Source: Terriglobia bacterium (GTDB lineage: Bacteria; Pseudomonadota; Alphaproteobacteria; Dongiales; Dongiaceae). Taken from it: DNA of 32,000 nt. The stretch is taken from positions 1-32,000 of the forward strand of contig DATLJB010000078.1 in assembly GCA_035539075.1 (NCBI GenBank). The letters are read 5' to 3'. The notes under the pieces were generated by a model. That model worked only from the letters and a program-made list of their open reading frames with translations. It did not search any database and had not been told where the DNA came from. The position numbers and the translations under genes are program-made. Of the stretch, positions 8,033 to 16,849 are shown one piece after another. Numbering within the stretch: the first letter of the stretch is position 1; each line of letters starts with the position of its first letter.

Positions 8033-9009
8033 GCTGGCACCTCCGCCGTTTTGCTGCTGCGGGAGAATTGATAGGCGGGATGCCAGGACAGGGCCTTGCG
8101 TTCCAGCCAGCGCGTGGCGAGATCGGCGAGCTTGCCGAGCAGGGCGTAAGCGAGGATGCCGAGCAGGACGATGTCGGTCTGCAGGAACTCGCGCGCATTC
8201 ATCGTCATGTAGCCCAGTCCCGACGAGGCGGAGATCGTCTCGGCGACGATCAGCGTCAGCCACATGATGCCGAGCGCATACCGCAAGCCGACCAGGATCG
8301 ACGGCAAGGCGCCCGGCAACAGAACGCGCCAGTAGAGTGCGCGCCCCGACAGGCCGTAGACCTGGGCCATCTCCACCAATGTCGCATCGACCGTGCGGAT
8401 GCCATGGAACGTGTTGAGATAGATCGGGAACAGGACCCCGATCGCGACCAGGAAAATCTTCGCTTCCTCGCCGATGCCGAACCAAAGAATGACGAGCGGG
8501 ATGATGGCGAGATGCGGGATCGTGCGCAGCATTTGCATGGAACTGTCGAGCAACCGTTCCGCAAGCGGCAGCGTGCCCGTCACCAGGCCGAGCACGAATC
8601 CGAGACTGCCGCCGATGAGCAGGCCGTAGAAAGCCCGCAGCGTACTGATTGCCACGTGATGCGCCAGCGAGCCGTCGCGCAGGCCGGTCCAGCCGGCGAG
8701 GGCAACGGCGCTCGGCGCCGGCAGGACACGTGCGGAAAGCAGGCCGGATCGGGCGGCAATCTCCCAGACCATAACGAGAAGCACCGGCAGCAGCCAGGGC
8801 AGGAGGCCATCGACGGCAGGACGGATCTGCGCCCATTGTTCGAGACAGCGTCGCCGCGGCTGGCGCAGCCGACCGGCTTGCGCCGTCCCGGTGTGTCTCG
8901 CCTCGCCGCGGTCCGCGCCGGATAGGCGATGCCGCGCGGCCCGGTAGGCAGACCAGCGGCTTTTCGGCTGCCGATGCACACTTTCGTTAAAGCGAATCCT
9001 GCTCATCAT
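8029..9009 (-). CDS. ssuC: aliphatic sulfonate ABC transporter permease
   Basis: SsuC/TauC-type permease pattern from ..LLPWLLPVLLVMVWEIAARSGLLSARVLPAPS.. onward. Sits between ssuA and ssuB. The basic ~60-aa N-terminal extension makes the exact start uncertain. Confidence 0.85.
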   Translation of the reverse strand: MMSRIRFNESVHRQPKSRWSAYRAARHRLSGADRGEARHTGTAQAGRLRQPRRRCLEQWAQIRPAVDGLLPWLLPVLLVMVWEIAARSGLLSARVLPAPSAVALAGWTGLRDGSLAHHVAISTLRAFYGLLIGGSLGFVLGLVTGTLPLAERLLDSSMQMLRTIPHLAIIPLVILWFGIGEEAKIFLVAIGVLFPIYLNTFHGIRTVDATLVEMAQVYGLSGRALYWRVLLPGALPSILVGLRYALGIMWLTLIVAETISASSGLGYMTMNAREFLQTDIVLLGILAYALLGKLADLATRWLERKALSWHPAYQFSRSSKTAEVPA

Positions 9010-9094
9010 GTCGGCCCCGGTCTGGCTGGTGGGAGAGGAGCCGCGCGCCGCGATCGGTCAAGGAACCGCGGCACGCGGCGGCGATCGCTCCGGC

Positions 9095-10066
9095 TCAGGC
9101 GCCGGGCTTGCGCACCACATCCGCCACCGCGATCGGCTTTGGAATGAGGCCCAGTTGCAGGAAGGTGTCGGCGATCTTCTGCTGCTCGGCGACGACCTTG
9201 TCGTCGATCGGGTGCAGGCCGAATCCGAGGCGGCCGATGGCTGTCTTCAAGACGTCGACCGGAATGCCGGTCTTCGGGCTGAGGTCTTGCGCGACTTCAT
9301 CCGGATGCTTGGCTGCCCAGGCATCGATTTCATTCAGCGCGGCCAGCGTCGCATCGATCACCTGCGGATTGGCACCGGTGAACTTCTGCTCGGCGAGGAA
9401 GAACTGATGGTTGGAGACGAGGCCCTTGCCGTCGCTGCCGGTGCCGTCGACCAGTGTTCGGGCGCCAGTTGCCGCCTGGCCCGCCGCGTAGAACGGATCC
9501 CAGATCGCCCAGGCGTCCACCGAGCCGCTTTCGAAGGCGGCACGTGCATCGGCGGGCGCCAGGAATACCGGCTGGATATCCTTATAGGTGACGCCGCCGG
9601 CTTCCAGCGCCTTGACGAGGAAGTAGTGGACGTTGGAGCCCTTGTTGAGCGCGACCTTCTTGCCTTTGAGATCGGCAATCGACTTGATCGCACTATCCTT
9701 CGGCACCAGGATCGCCTCGCCGGTCGGCGCCGGCGGTTCATAACCGACATAGAGCAACGGCGCGCCGGCCGCCTGGGCGAAAATCGGTGGCGCTTCCCCG
9801 GTGGTGCCGAAATCAATGGCGCCGACATTCAGGGCTTCGAGCAGCTGGGGGCCGCCGGGGAACTCCGTCCAGGTGACGGTGTAGCCGAGCGGCTTCAGCT
9901 TCTCTTCCAGCAATCCCTTTTCCTTGAGGATCACCAGGGTCCCGTATTTCTGATAGCCGATGCGCAGCTCGGCCGCTTCCGCGCTCTTCACCCCGGACAA
10001 ACCGGCAATCGTTGCTATGTTGATGCCGGCGAGGGCCATCGCCGTCAGCATGATCTTGCGAACCAT
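9095..10066 (-). CDS. ssuA: aliphatic sulfonate ABC transporter periplasmic binding protein
   Basis: ATG preceded by GGAAGGAAG. Signal peptide ...GVKSAEA. SsuA-like pattern (LRIGYQKYGT.., GAIDFGTTGEAPPIFA, VDAWAIWDPF). Confidence 0.88.
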   Translation of the reverse strand: MVRKIMLTAMALAGINIATIAGLSGVKSAEAAELRIGYQKYGTLVILKEKGLLEEKLKPLGYTVTWTEFPGGPQLLEALNVGAIDFGTTGEAPPIFAQAAGAPLLYVGYEPPAPTGEAILVPKDSAIKSIADLKGKKVALNKGSNVHYFLVKALEAGGVTYKDIQPVFLAPADARAAFESGSVDAWAIWDPFYAAGQAATGARTLVDGTGSDGKGLVSNHQFFLAEQKFTGANPQVIDATLAALNEIDAWAAKHPDEVAQDLSPKTGIPVDVLKTAIGRLGFGLHPIDDKVVAEQQKIADTFLQLGLIPKPIAVADVVRKPGA

Positions 10067-10140
10067 GGTGCTTCCTTCCCGTCTATCAGGTTCCTGTCGT
10101 CCGTCGCGGCCGCCCTTCGGCTAAGCCAACCATGCCCCAT

Positions 10141-10202
10141 AATCTCTAGTCATCTGATAGAGTAAACCGAGCAAAATTTAATGCGACCCAAGAAAAACTC
10201 GC
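10141..10202 (-). promoter_or_regulatory. conserved upstream module, copy B (ssuA side)
   Basis: Read on the minus strand: GCGAGTTTTTCTTG at offset 0, GTTTAC at offset 35, TAGAGA at offset 54. The blocks and offsets are the same as at 13085-13146. It ends 77 nt before the ssuA ATG. Confidence 0.55.
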
Positions 10203-10225
10203 GCGAGGAAAGCAAGCGGTACGGC

Positions 10226-10975
10226 TCAGCCGGCGATTCGGACCGGTCCCGTCGCCGCCGCGAGGGCATCGAGCACGGCGCCCTTTGCCTGTGTGAAGGC
10301 GGCGGACAGCAGGTCCCGGGGCCGCGGCAGGTCGATGACGAACGCGGTAAAAAGGCGGCCGGGGCGCGGCTGGAGGACGATCACGCGGTCGGCGAGTTTC
10401 ACTGCTTCCTCGACATCATGCGTGACCAGCAGCAAGGTCGGGCGATAGGCCTGCCACAGCAGCAACAGATGCTCGTGCAGGTTCGCGCGGGTCAAGGCAT
10501 CGAGAGCGGAGAAAGGCTCATCGAGGAGCAGCACTTTCGGCTCCGCCGCCAAGGCGCGCGACAGGGCGACGCGCTGCGCCTGGCCGCCGGAAAGCTCACG
10601 TGGCCAGCGGTCGTGATAGGCATCAAGCGCGACGCGCGCCAAGGCCGTCTCGACGATCTTTCGGCGCTGGGCCGCGGGCAGATGGGCGAGGCCGAAGCCG
10701 ACATTCTCCGCGACTGTCAGCCAGGGAAACAGGCGCGGTTCCTGAAAGACGAAGCCGATTGCGGGATGCGGCGCGCGGATCGCCTCGCCGTCCAGCGTGA
10801 TGCTGCCAGACGACGCGTGTTCAAGGCCGGCGACCAGGCGCAGCAATGTGGTCTTGCCGCAGCCGGAACCGCCGATCACGGCGACAATTTCGCCGGCATC
10901 GATGCGGAGTGATACCTCGCCCAGTGCCGCAACGCCGCCGTCATAGGTCTTCGCAAGTCTGTCGAGGATGAGCAT
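10226..10975 (-). CDS. NitT/TauT-family (sulfonate/taurine-type) ABC transporter ATP-binding protein
   Basis: ATG at 10975, 3 nt after the permease stop. Walker A GGSGCGKTT, LSGGQAQRVALSRAL, LLLDEPFSALD. Confidence 0.85.
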   Translation of the reverse strand: MLILDRLAKTYDGGVAALGEVSLRIDAGEIVAVIGGSGCGKTTLLRLVAGLEHASSGSITLDGEAIRAPHPAIGFVFQEPRLFPWLTVAENVGFGLAHLPAAQRRKIVETALARVALDAYHDRWPRELSGGQAQRVALSRALAAEPKVLLLDEPFSALDALTRANLHEHLLLLWQAYRPTLLLVTHDVEEAVKLADRVIVLQPRPGRLFTAFVIDLPRPRDLLSAAFTQAKGAVLDALAAATGPVRIAG

Positions 10976-10978
10976 GGC

Positions 10979-11872
10979 TCAGCGATCCCGGCCACGGCGC
11001 TGTGCGACGCGCGCAGATTCCCGGGCGCGGCCATATGAATCCTGCCAGCGCAGCAGCGGCGCAAAGACGGCAATCAGGAGATAATCGGCGGCCTTGCCGA
11101 TCAAGGCGAAGGCGACGATGGCGGCCAGAATCTGGTCCGGCTTGCCAAGCTGCTGGCCGTCGACCAGCAGGAAGCCGAGACCTTCCGAGGCGCCCATGAT
11201 CTCCGCCGCCACCACGAACATGAAACCGAGGCCGAGGCCGGAGCGCAGGGCGCCGACATAATCCGGCAGGATGGCCGGCAGCAGGATGCGCCGCATCAAC
11301 GCGGCGTGGGAGAGGCGAAACATCTGCCCGACCTCGACCAGGCGGCGGTCGACATTGGCAAAGGAGGTCATCACGCCGAGATAGACCGGAAAGAAGACGC
11401 CGGTGGCGATCAAGGCGATCTTGGAAGCTTCGAAAATGCCGAGCCAGAGGATGAAGAGCGGCACCCAGGCAAGAGAGGGAATGGCCCGCAGCGCCTGCAC
11501 CGTCGGGTCGAGGAGACGCCGCAGCAAAGGCAGGCTGCCGGTCAAGGCACCGTGCGCGGTGCCGGTGGCTGCGCCGATGGCAAAGCCGGCGAGAACACGC
11601 AGGCTGGTCGCCATGACATGGGTGGCGAGGTCGCCGGCGCGGGCCAGGTCGTACAGCGTCGCGAGGATATGACTGGGCGCCGGCAACAGGCGCGCTTCCA
11701 CCAGGCCGAGTCGGAAGGCCAGCTCATAGGCGGAAGCGGCAAGTACCGGCAAGGCGAGGCCAAGCGCGAGCGGATGCGCGGCGAGGCGATGCAAAAAGGC
11801 AGGGTGCGTCCGGACCCGTGATGGCGCCGCGGCCAGCCGCCGGTTCTCTACCGCCGATCCCAGTTCCAGCAT
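10979..11872 (-). CDS. NitT/TauT-family ABC transporter permease
   Basis: Paralogous to ssuC (..LLPAPSHILATLYDLARAGDL.., SLAWVPLFILWLGIFEASKI..). The ATG at 11872 lies 19 nt after the binding-protein stop. The track start at 11935 is TTG and overlaps the upstream gene. Confidence 0.8.
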   Translation of the reverse strand: MLELGSAVENRRLAAAPSRVRTHPAFLHRLAAHPLALGLALPVLAASAYELAFRLGLVEARLLPAPSHILATLYDLARAGDLATHVMATSLRVLAGFAIGAATGTAHGALTGSLPLLRRLLDPTVQALRAIPSLAWVPLFILWLGIFEASKIALIATGVFFPVYLGVMTSFANVDRRLVEVGQMFRLSHAALMRRILLPAILPDYVGALRSGLGLGFMFVVAAEIMGASEGLGFLLVDGQQLGKPDQILAAIVAFALIGKAADYLLIAVFAPLLRWQDSYGRARESARVAQRRGRDR

Positions 11873-11891
11873 CTCGGCAGACCGTATCGCG

Positions 11892-12893
11892 CTAATTCGC
11901 CGCCACGGCGTATTGCGTGTCGATGAGCTGATCAACCGTGGCCTTCACATCGACATCGGGCTTGATGACGCTCGCCTTCTGAAGTGCCTCGCCGGCAAGG
12001 GTGATGGTCTGGCGCGTTTCGTTCGTCACGCTGCGATTGGAGAAATCGGTGCGCTCCAGCTGCTTCGTCACCACCGCATCCGGCAGCTTCGTCACCTTGG
12101 CGAGCAAGGCCTTGAGCTCCGCCGGATGGGCGCGTGCCCATTGCCGTGCTTGTTCGTAGACCGCGAGAACGCGCTTCACGGTTTCCGGGTTCTCCTTGGC
12201 AAAGGCTTCGCGCACATTGATGACGCCCCAGGAATTGGCCGCGGCATTGCGATAGAAGAGACGCGCGCCGCTTTCGACCTCGGCCTGAGCCATCAGCGGA
12301 TCGAGCCCCGCCCAGGCATCGACATCGCCGCGCAACAGGGCGGCCTTGCCGTCTGGATGCTGCAGCAGGACGATGCCGAGATCGCTCTCGGCGAGGCCGG
12401 CTTCGTTGAGTGCGCGGATCAGAAAGATATGAGGATCGGTGCCGCGGGTGACGGCGACCTTCTTGCCCTTGAGATCGGCAACCGAGGCGAAGGTGGAATC
12501 GGAACGGCCGACCAGGGCGGTCCATTCGGGGCGCGAATAGACACCGACGACCTTCACCGGATTGCCGTTGATGCGGCCGATCAGTGCCGCGGCGCCGGCG
12601 GTCGAACCGAAATCGATCGAGCCGGCATTGAGGAATTCCAGCGCCTTGTTGGAGCCGAGCGATTGCACCCAGCGGATCGTCGTGCCGTCCTGGGCAAATT
12701 CCTGCTCGAGGAGGCCCTGGTCCTTAAGCACCAGTGAGAGCGGATTGTAGGTGGCGAAGTCGATATTGATCTCCTTGGCCGCCGCCCGCGCCTTACCGGC
12801 GATGAAGGGCAGGGGTCCCACGCCAAGGAGCGCGGTAGCCAAAGCCGACTTCAGGATGGAGCGGCGGGACGGACGAAGAGTTGTCGATGGCAT
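11892..12893 (-). CDS. sulfonate/sulfate-ester-type periplasmic binding protein with twin-arginine signal
   Basis: ATG preceded by GAGGGAA. N-terminus [18 protein letters not shown]...ARAAAKE fits the S-R-R-x-F-L-K Tat motif. SsuA-like body ([13 protein letters not shown].., VDAWAGLDP). Confidence 0.82.
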   Translation of the reverse strand: MPSTTLRPSRRSILKSALATALLGVGPLPFIAGKARAAAKEINIDFATYNPLSLVLKDQGLLEQEFAQDGTTIRWVQSLGSNKALEFLNAGSIDFGSTAGAAALIGRINGNPVKVVGVYSRPEWTALVGRSDSTFASVADLKGKKVAVTRGTDPHIFLIRALNEAGLAESDLGIVLLQHPDGKAALLRGDVDAWAGLDPLMAQAEVESGARLFYRNAAANSWGVINVREAFAKENPETVKRVLAVYEQARQWARAHPAELKALLAKVTKLPDAVVTKQLERTDFSNRSVTNETRQTITLAGEALQKASVIKPDVDVKATVDQLIDTQYAVAAN

Positions 12894-13084
12894 GGTTCCC
12901 TCGCGGCAAGAGATCAGCAGGAAGAAGTTGCTTACCGGCTACCCCGCGCATCCCGCCAACGAGAAAAACTCCGTGACGGCGCGAGGATTCATGCGGGGGG
13001 TCCTTCTGCACCCTTGCCGGGTCTGTCAGACAGGTCCGTCAGACAACGGCGTGTTCCGGCGACCTCGGCCTGCGCTGCTGCTAG

Positions 13085-13146
13085 GCGAGTTTTTCTTGTG
13101 GGTCGGCGAGGATTCCTCCGTTTACACTACTGATTTGATAGAGAAT
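13085..13146 (+). promoter_or_regulatory. conserved upstream module, copy A (ssuD side)
   Basis: GCGAGTTTTTCTTG at 13085, GTTTAC at 13120 (offset 35), TAGAGA at 13139 (offset 54). Same layout as 10141-10202. It ends 60-75 nt before the ssuD start candidates. Confidence 0.55.
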
Positions 13147-13203
13147 TCTGATCTCGCTCATACACAGCGCGCGCCTTCCTGCGCATGTCTTTTCGACTTC
13201 GAG

Positions 13204-14421
13204 ATGGACCGCACCATCATGACCTCTACTGTGACGCAGATTAATCAAGCTGCCCCGACGGAAAAAACCGCAGACGTCTTGTGGTTCTTGCCGACCCATG
13301 GCGATGGCCGGTATCTCGGTTCCGATGTTGGCGCCCGGCACGTCTCGCTCGGCTATCTCAGCCAGATTGCCCGGGCCGCCGATGAACTCGGCTATTACGG
13401 CGTGTTGCTGCCGACCGGCCGTTCCTGTGAGGATTCGTGGATCGTCGCCTCGGCCATGGTCCCTGTGACCCAGCGCTTGCGATTCCTGGTGGCGGTGCGT
13501 CCGGGGTTGAGCGAACCGTCAATGGCGGCGCGTATGGCGGCGACCCTTGACCGCATCTCGAACGGCCGCCTGTTGATCAATGTCGTTACGGGCGGCGACC
13601 CGGCTGAATTGAGAGGCGACGGCGTCTTCCTCGACCACAAGGAACGCTACGACGTCACCAGCGAATATCTGGCGATCTGGCGCGAGTTGATGACCGGGAA
13701 ATCGGTCGACTACAAGGGTAAGCATCTCTCGATCGAGGGAGGCAAGCTGCTTTATCCGCCGGTCCAGCAGCCCTATCCGCCGCTCTATTTCGGCGGCTCA
13801 TCGGCCGCCGGGCTGGAAGTCGCCGGCGATCACGTCGACGTCTATCTGACCTGGGGCGAGCCGCCGGCCGATGTCGCGGCGAAGATCGCCGATATGCGGC
13901 GCGTCGCCGAAGCAAGGGGTCGCAAGCTGAAATTCGGCATTCGCCTGCATGTGATCGTCCGCGAAACCGCCAAGGAGGCCTGGGCGGCGGCCGATGACCT
14001 GATCAAGCACCTTGATGACGACGCCATTGCGACGGCGCAGCGTGCTTTTGCCAAATTCGATTCGGTCGGCCAACAGCGCATGTCGCAACTGCATGGCGGG
14101 CGGCGCGATAAGCTGGAAGTCAGTCCCAATCTCTGGGCCGGCATCGGCCTGGTGCGCGGCGGTGCCGGCACGGCCCTGGTCGGCGATCCGGACCAGGTCG
14201 CCGCACGCATGAAGGAATATATCGATCTCGGCATCGAGAGCTTCATCCTTTCCGGCTATCCGCATCTCGAGGAATGCTATCGTTTCGCCGAGCTGGTCTT
14301 CCCGAAGCTGCCGCTGAAGGCGACGACCGGCAACAATCTTGGCCCGGCGCGCAATGCCGGACCCTTTGGCGAAATGATCGCCAATGTGGTGGCGCCGTCG
14401 CTTCGCCAGTCGCAATCCTGA
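13204..14421 (+). CDS. ssuD: FMNH2-dependent alkanesulfonate monooxygenase
   Basis: Strong SsuD pattern ([37 protein letters not shown]). In-frame ATGs at 13204 and 13219 are both possible. The 556-aa track ORF extends upstream artefactually. Confidence 0.9.
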   Translation: MDRTIMTSTVTQINQAAPTEKTADVLWFLPTHGDGRYLGSDVGARHVSLGYLSQIARAADELGYYGVLLPTGRSCEDSWIVASAMVPVTQRLRFLVAVRPGLSEPSMAARMAATLDRISNGRLLINVVTGGDPAELRGDGVFLDHKERYDVTSEYLAIWRELMTGKSVDYKGKHLSIEGGKLLYPPVQQPYPPLYFGGSSAAGLEVAGDHVDVYLTWGEPPADVAAKIADMRRVAEARGRKLKFGIRLHVIVRETAKEAWAAADDLIKHLDDDAIATAQRAFAKFDSVGQQRMSQLHGGRRDKLEVSPNLWAGIGLVRGGAGTALVGDPDQVAARMKEYIDLGIESFILSGYPHLEECYRFAELVFPKLPLKATTGNNLGPARNAGPFGEMIANVVAPSLRQSQS

Positions 14422-14446
14422 TCGGCAGCGTCTCGTCGTGCCGGGA

Positions 14447-15883
14447 ATGCCGCATATCGTCATCGTCGGTGGCGGCTTTGCCGGCGCGACCGTGGCGCTG
14501 CATCTGCTGAAGGCGCAGCAATCCGCCGATCTTGCCCTGACGGTGTTGGAGCCGCGTGCCGTGATCGGCGCCGGGCTCGCTTATTCGGCGGAAGATCCCG
14601 AGCATCGCATCAATGTGGCGGCGGCGCGCATGATGCTGTTCCCCGATGACCCGGAGCATTTTGATCGCTGGTTCCGGCAATCGGCTGAAGCGGCAACCGA
14701 TCCCGCTGCCATCATCGCCGATGGCCGCGCCTATCCGCGCCGTCAGATCTTCGGCCGCTATGTCGACGGCTTGGTGCGCGCCGCCGCTGCGCAGGCGCCG
14801 CATATCCGTTTCCAGCATCTGCGCAGCCCCGCCACCGCCATCGTGCCCAACGGCGAGAACTATCGTGTTACCCTGGCCGATGGGGCCGGCCTGGATGCAG
14901 ATCTCATCATTCTGGCGACCGGCCATAACCGCCCCGGCATTCCCGGCGCCTTTGCCGGCGTTGCCGATCATCCGCGCTTCATCGCCAATCCCTGGGAAAA
15001 GAACGCATTGAAGCCGATCCGGGCCGGGGACTGGGTGCTGCTGATCGGCACCGGCCTCACCATGGTCGATACGGTCGCGTCGCTGCGCGCCAAGGGCCAT
15101 ACCGGGCAGATCACGGCGATTTCGCGCCGCGGGCAATTGCCGCAGCCGCGCACCTCGCTGCCGGTACAGGCATTCGGCGATTTTTCCACTGACCCGGCGG
15201 TCTCAGTTTCGGCACTGCTGCATCGGATACGCACGGCGACGCGTGACCTGCAGCGTCAAGGTCGACCCTGGGAAGATGTGATCGACGCCATTCGCCAACA
15301 GGCCTACGCTATCTGGAACAGCCTGCCGCTGGTGGAGAAGCAGCGCTTTCTGCGGCATCTGCGCCCCTACTGGGATTCTCATCGCTATCAGGTCGCGCCG
15401 CAGGTCGATGATGTGCTGCGCAGTGAAATCCACCGGCGCGGTCTGCAGGTCATTGCCGGACACTTCACGCGAGTCACGTTCGAACAGGAAGTATTCCGCG
15501 TCAAAATGCATCCCCGTGGCGCTAAGGCAGGCGCATTGCAGGAACGGCATTTCCACGCCGTGGTCAACTGCACCGGTCCAGATCATTCGGCGCAGATTGC
15601 CGGCAATGATGTTCTGAGGTCGCTGCAGGAACAGGGGTTGCTCGTGCCGGATCCGCTCAAACTCGGGGTTTATGTCGACCGCGACAGCCAGCTGCTGGAC
15701 GCGGCGGGCCGCAGCCAGCCCGGCTTGCTGTTTGCCGGCCCGGCGGCCCGCTACACATTTGGCGAGCTGATGGGGCTGCCGCAGGTCACGCTGCAGGCGA
15801 AGACCGTGGCCGACCAGGCCGGAGTCTGGCTTGCGCAGCGGGCCGGTCAAGCGCCCGGCCGCTACCGCGCCGTCTATGCCTAG
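14447..15883 (+). CDS. FAD/NAD(P)-binding oxidoreductase of unknown specificity
   Basis: MPHIVIVGGGFAGATVA (a GxGxxG Rossmann motif at the N-terminus) and a second dinucleotide-type motif LLIGTGLTMVD. The ATG at 14447 is 25 nt after the ssuD stop. The earlier ATG at 14384 would overlap ssuD. Confidence 0.75.
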   Translation: MPHIVIVGGGFAGATVALHLLKAQQSADLALTVLEPRAVIGAGLAYSAEDPEHRINVAAARMMLFPDDPEHFDRWFRQSAEAATDPAAIIADGRAYPRRQIFGRYVDGLVRAAAAQAPHIRFQHLRSPATAIVPNGENYRVTLADGAGLDADLIILATGHNRPGIPGAFAGVADHPRFIANPWEKNALKPIRAGDWVLLIGTGLTMVDTVASLRAKGHTGQITAISRRGQLPQPRTSLPVQAFGDFSTDPAVSVSALLHRIRTATRDLQRQGRPWEDVIDAIRQQAYAIWNSLPLVEKQRFLRHLRPYWDSHRYQVAPQVDDVLRSEIHRRGLQVIAGHFTRVTFEQEVFRVKMHPRGAKAGALQERHFHAVVNCTGPDHSAQIAGNDVLRSLQEQGLLVPDPLKLGVYVDRDSQLLDAAGRSQPGLLFAGPAARYTFGELMGLPQVTLQAKTVADQAGVWLAQRAGQAPGRYRAVYA

Positions 15884-15923
15884 CGGCGGTTCTTCCATAT
15901 TTGTTCCTGACAGAGAGGATATC

Positions 15924-16490
15924 ATGACCAAGCTGCGGATCGTCGACTTCAGCGGCAATTTTTCCCGCCCCTCCCGCACGCGCGGATTGGTGAAAGCGGT
16001 GCTCGGTGAAATCTCCCTGCGCGGCCTCGGCGAAACGCAGCTCTTTGACTTGGTCGATGTGGGACCCGAATTCTCCGGCGCCTATCGCCGGGCCGACCTG
16101 TCGGCCCAGGCGAAGACGGTTGCCACAGCGATCGAAGAGGCCGATGCCATCGTTGTCGGCTCGGCAATCTACAAGGGCGCCTATAGCGGCCTCTTCAAGC
16201 ACTTCTTCGATCTCTTCGAGCCGGTGGCATTGACCGGCAAGCCGGTCATCCTGACCGCGACGGGCGGTTCTTCGCGCCATGCCCTGGTGATCGAGACGCA
16301 TCTGCGTCCGCTTTTCTCCTTCTTCAATGTCGTCTCGGCGCCCGCCGGCATTTTCGCGACCGAGACGGATTTCAACGGCTATGATGAGATCAAGGAGAAT
16401 TTGTTCGCACGCATTGACGAGGCGATCGGCCAGTTTGCCCGTCTTCTGCCGGCCGCCAATCCCGCGCTGCCCCTGAGCCGGATTGCTTGA
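15924..16490 (+). CDS. ssuE: NAD(P)H-dependent FMN reductase (SsuE/MsuE family)
   Basis: ATG at 15924 after AGAGAGGA. Collinear with the SsuE pattern (..SRPSRTR.., AIYKGAYSGLFKHFFDL, GKPVILTATGGSSRHAL). Confidence 0.82.
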   Translation: MTKLRIVDFSGNFSRPSRTRGLVKAVLGEISLRGLGETQLFDLVDVGPEFSGAYRRADLSAQAKTVATAIEEADAIVVGSAIYKGAYSGLFKHFFDLFEPVALTGKPVILTATGGSSRHALVIETHLRPLFSFFNVVSAPAGIFATETDFNGYDEIKENLFARIDEAIGQFARLLPAANPALPLSRIA

Positions 16491-16495
16491 GCGGC

Positions 16496-16526
16496 TCGCT
16501 GCGCGACGATCAGCGAACCTTTTATT
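16496..16526 (+). terminator. weak candidate terminator after ssuE
   Basis: TCGCTG (16496-16501) pairs with CAGCGA (16511-16516), 9-nt loop, followed by ACCTTTTATT. Confidence 0.3.
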
Positions 16527-16849
16527 GCGGTAGGTGGAGAAGGCTGCCGGCAGGCGCGCCGGGCTAAATCCTTTATTAAATCAATCCATTGGCAAATTAT
16601 GCATCCGGCCGACTTCCATCGATAGGTTCTTTGCCGGAAGACCTGCGCCGCGTCGAGAGGCGGTGTGAGGCGGCAAAAAAACGCGTGACGACGTAACGGA
16701 TCTGTTCTGACCAGCGAATGCTGCTGAGACGCGCGACCGGAGAACAAGCCGGCTATGCGACAAGACAAGGTGGCAAGGTAGCGGACAGGATCGGCGACCC
16801 TCCCAGGGACCTATGCCGACGTTCTGCTCAAGATTAGGTCGGAGCTCGC

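Noticed and set aside
7151-8836. 561-aa ORF that could be read as a giant SsuB fusion.
   Set aside because: Only the last 293 codons look like an ABC ATPase. The upstream part overlaps ssuC in another frame and is low-complexity. The ATG at 8032 forms an ATGA junction with the ssuC stop.
13021-13045. Palindrome GTCTG-T-CAGAC and a GTCAGACA direct repeat (13025-13032 and 13038-13045) in the divergent ssu promoter region, as a possible operator.
   Set aside because: The elements are short and occur once each. No counterpart lies upstream of ssuA, where the other conserved module is found. Kept only as a note for anyone mapping the regulator footprint.
12751-13203. 150-codon N-terminal extension of the ssuD ORF. 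The same applies to the extensions 19183-19506 (epimerase) and 20481-20579 (small membrane protein).
   Set aside because: The extensions run through intergenic or neighbouring-gene sequence and have no family similarity. Internal ATGs give proteins that start where homologues start.
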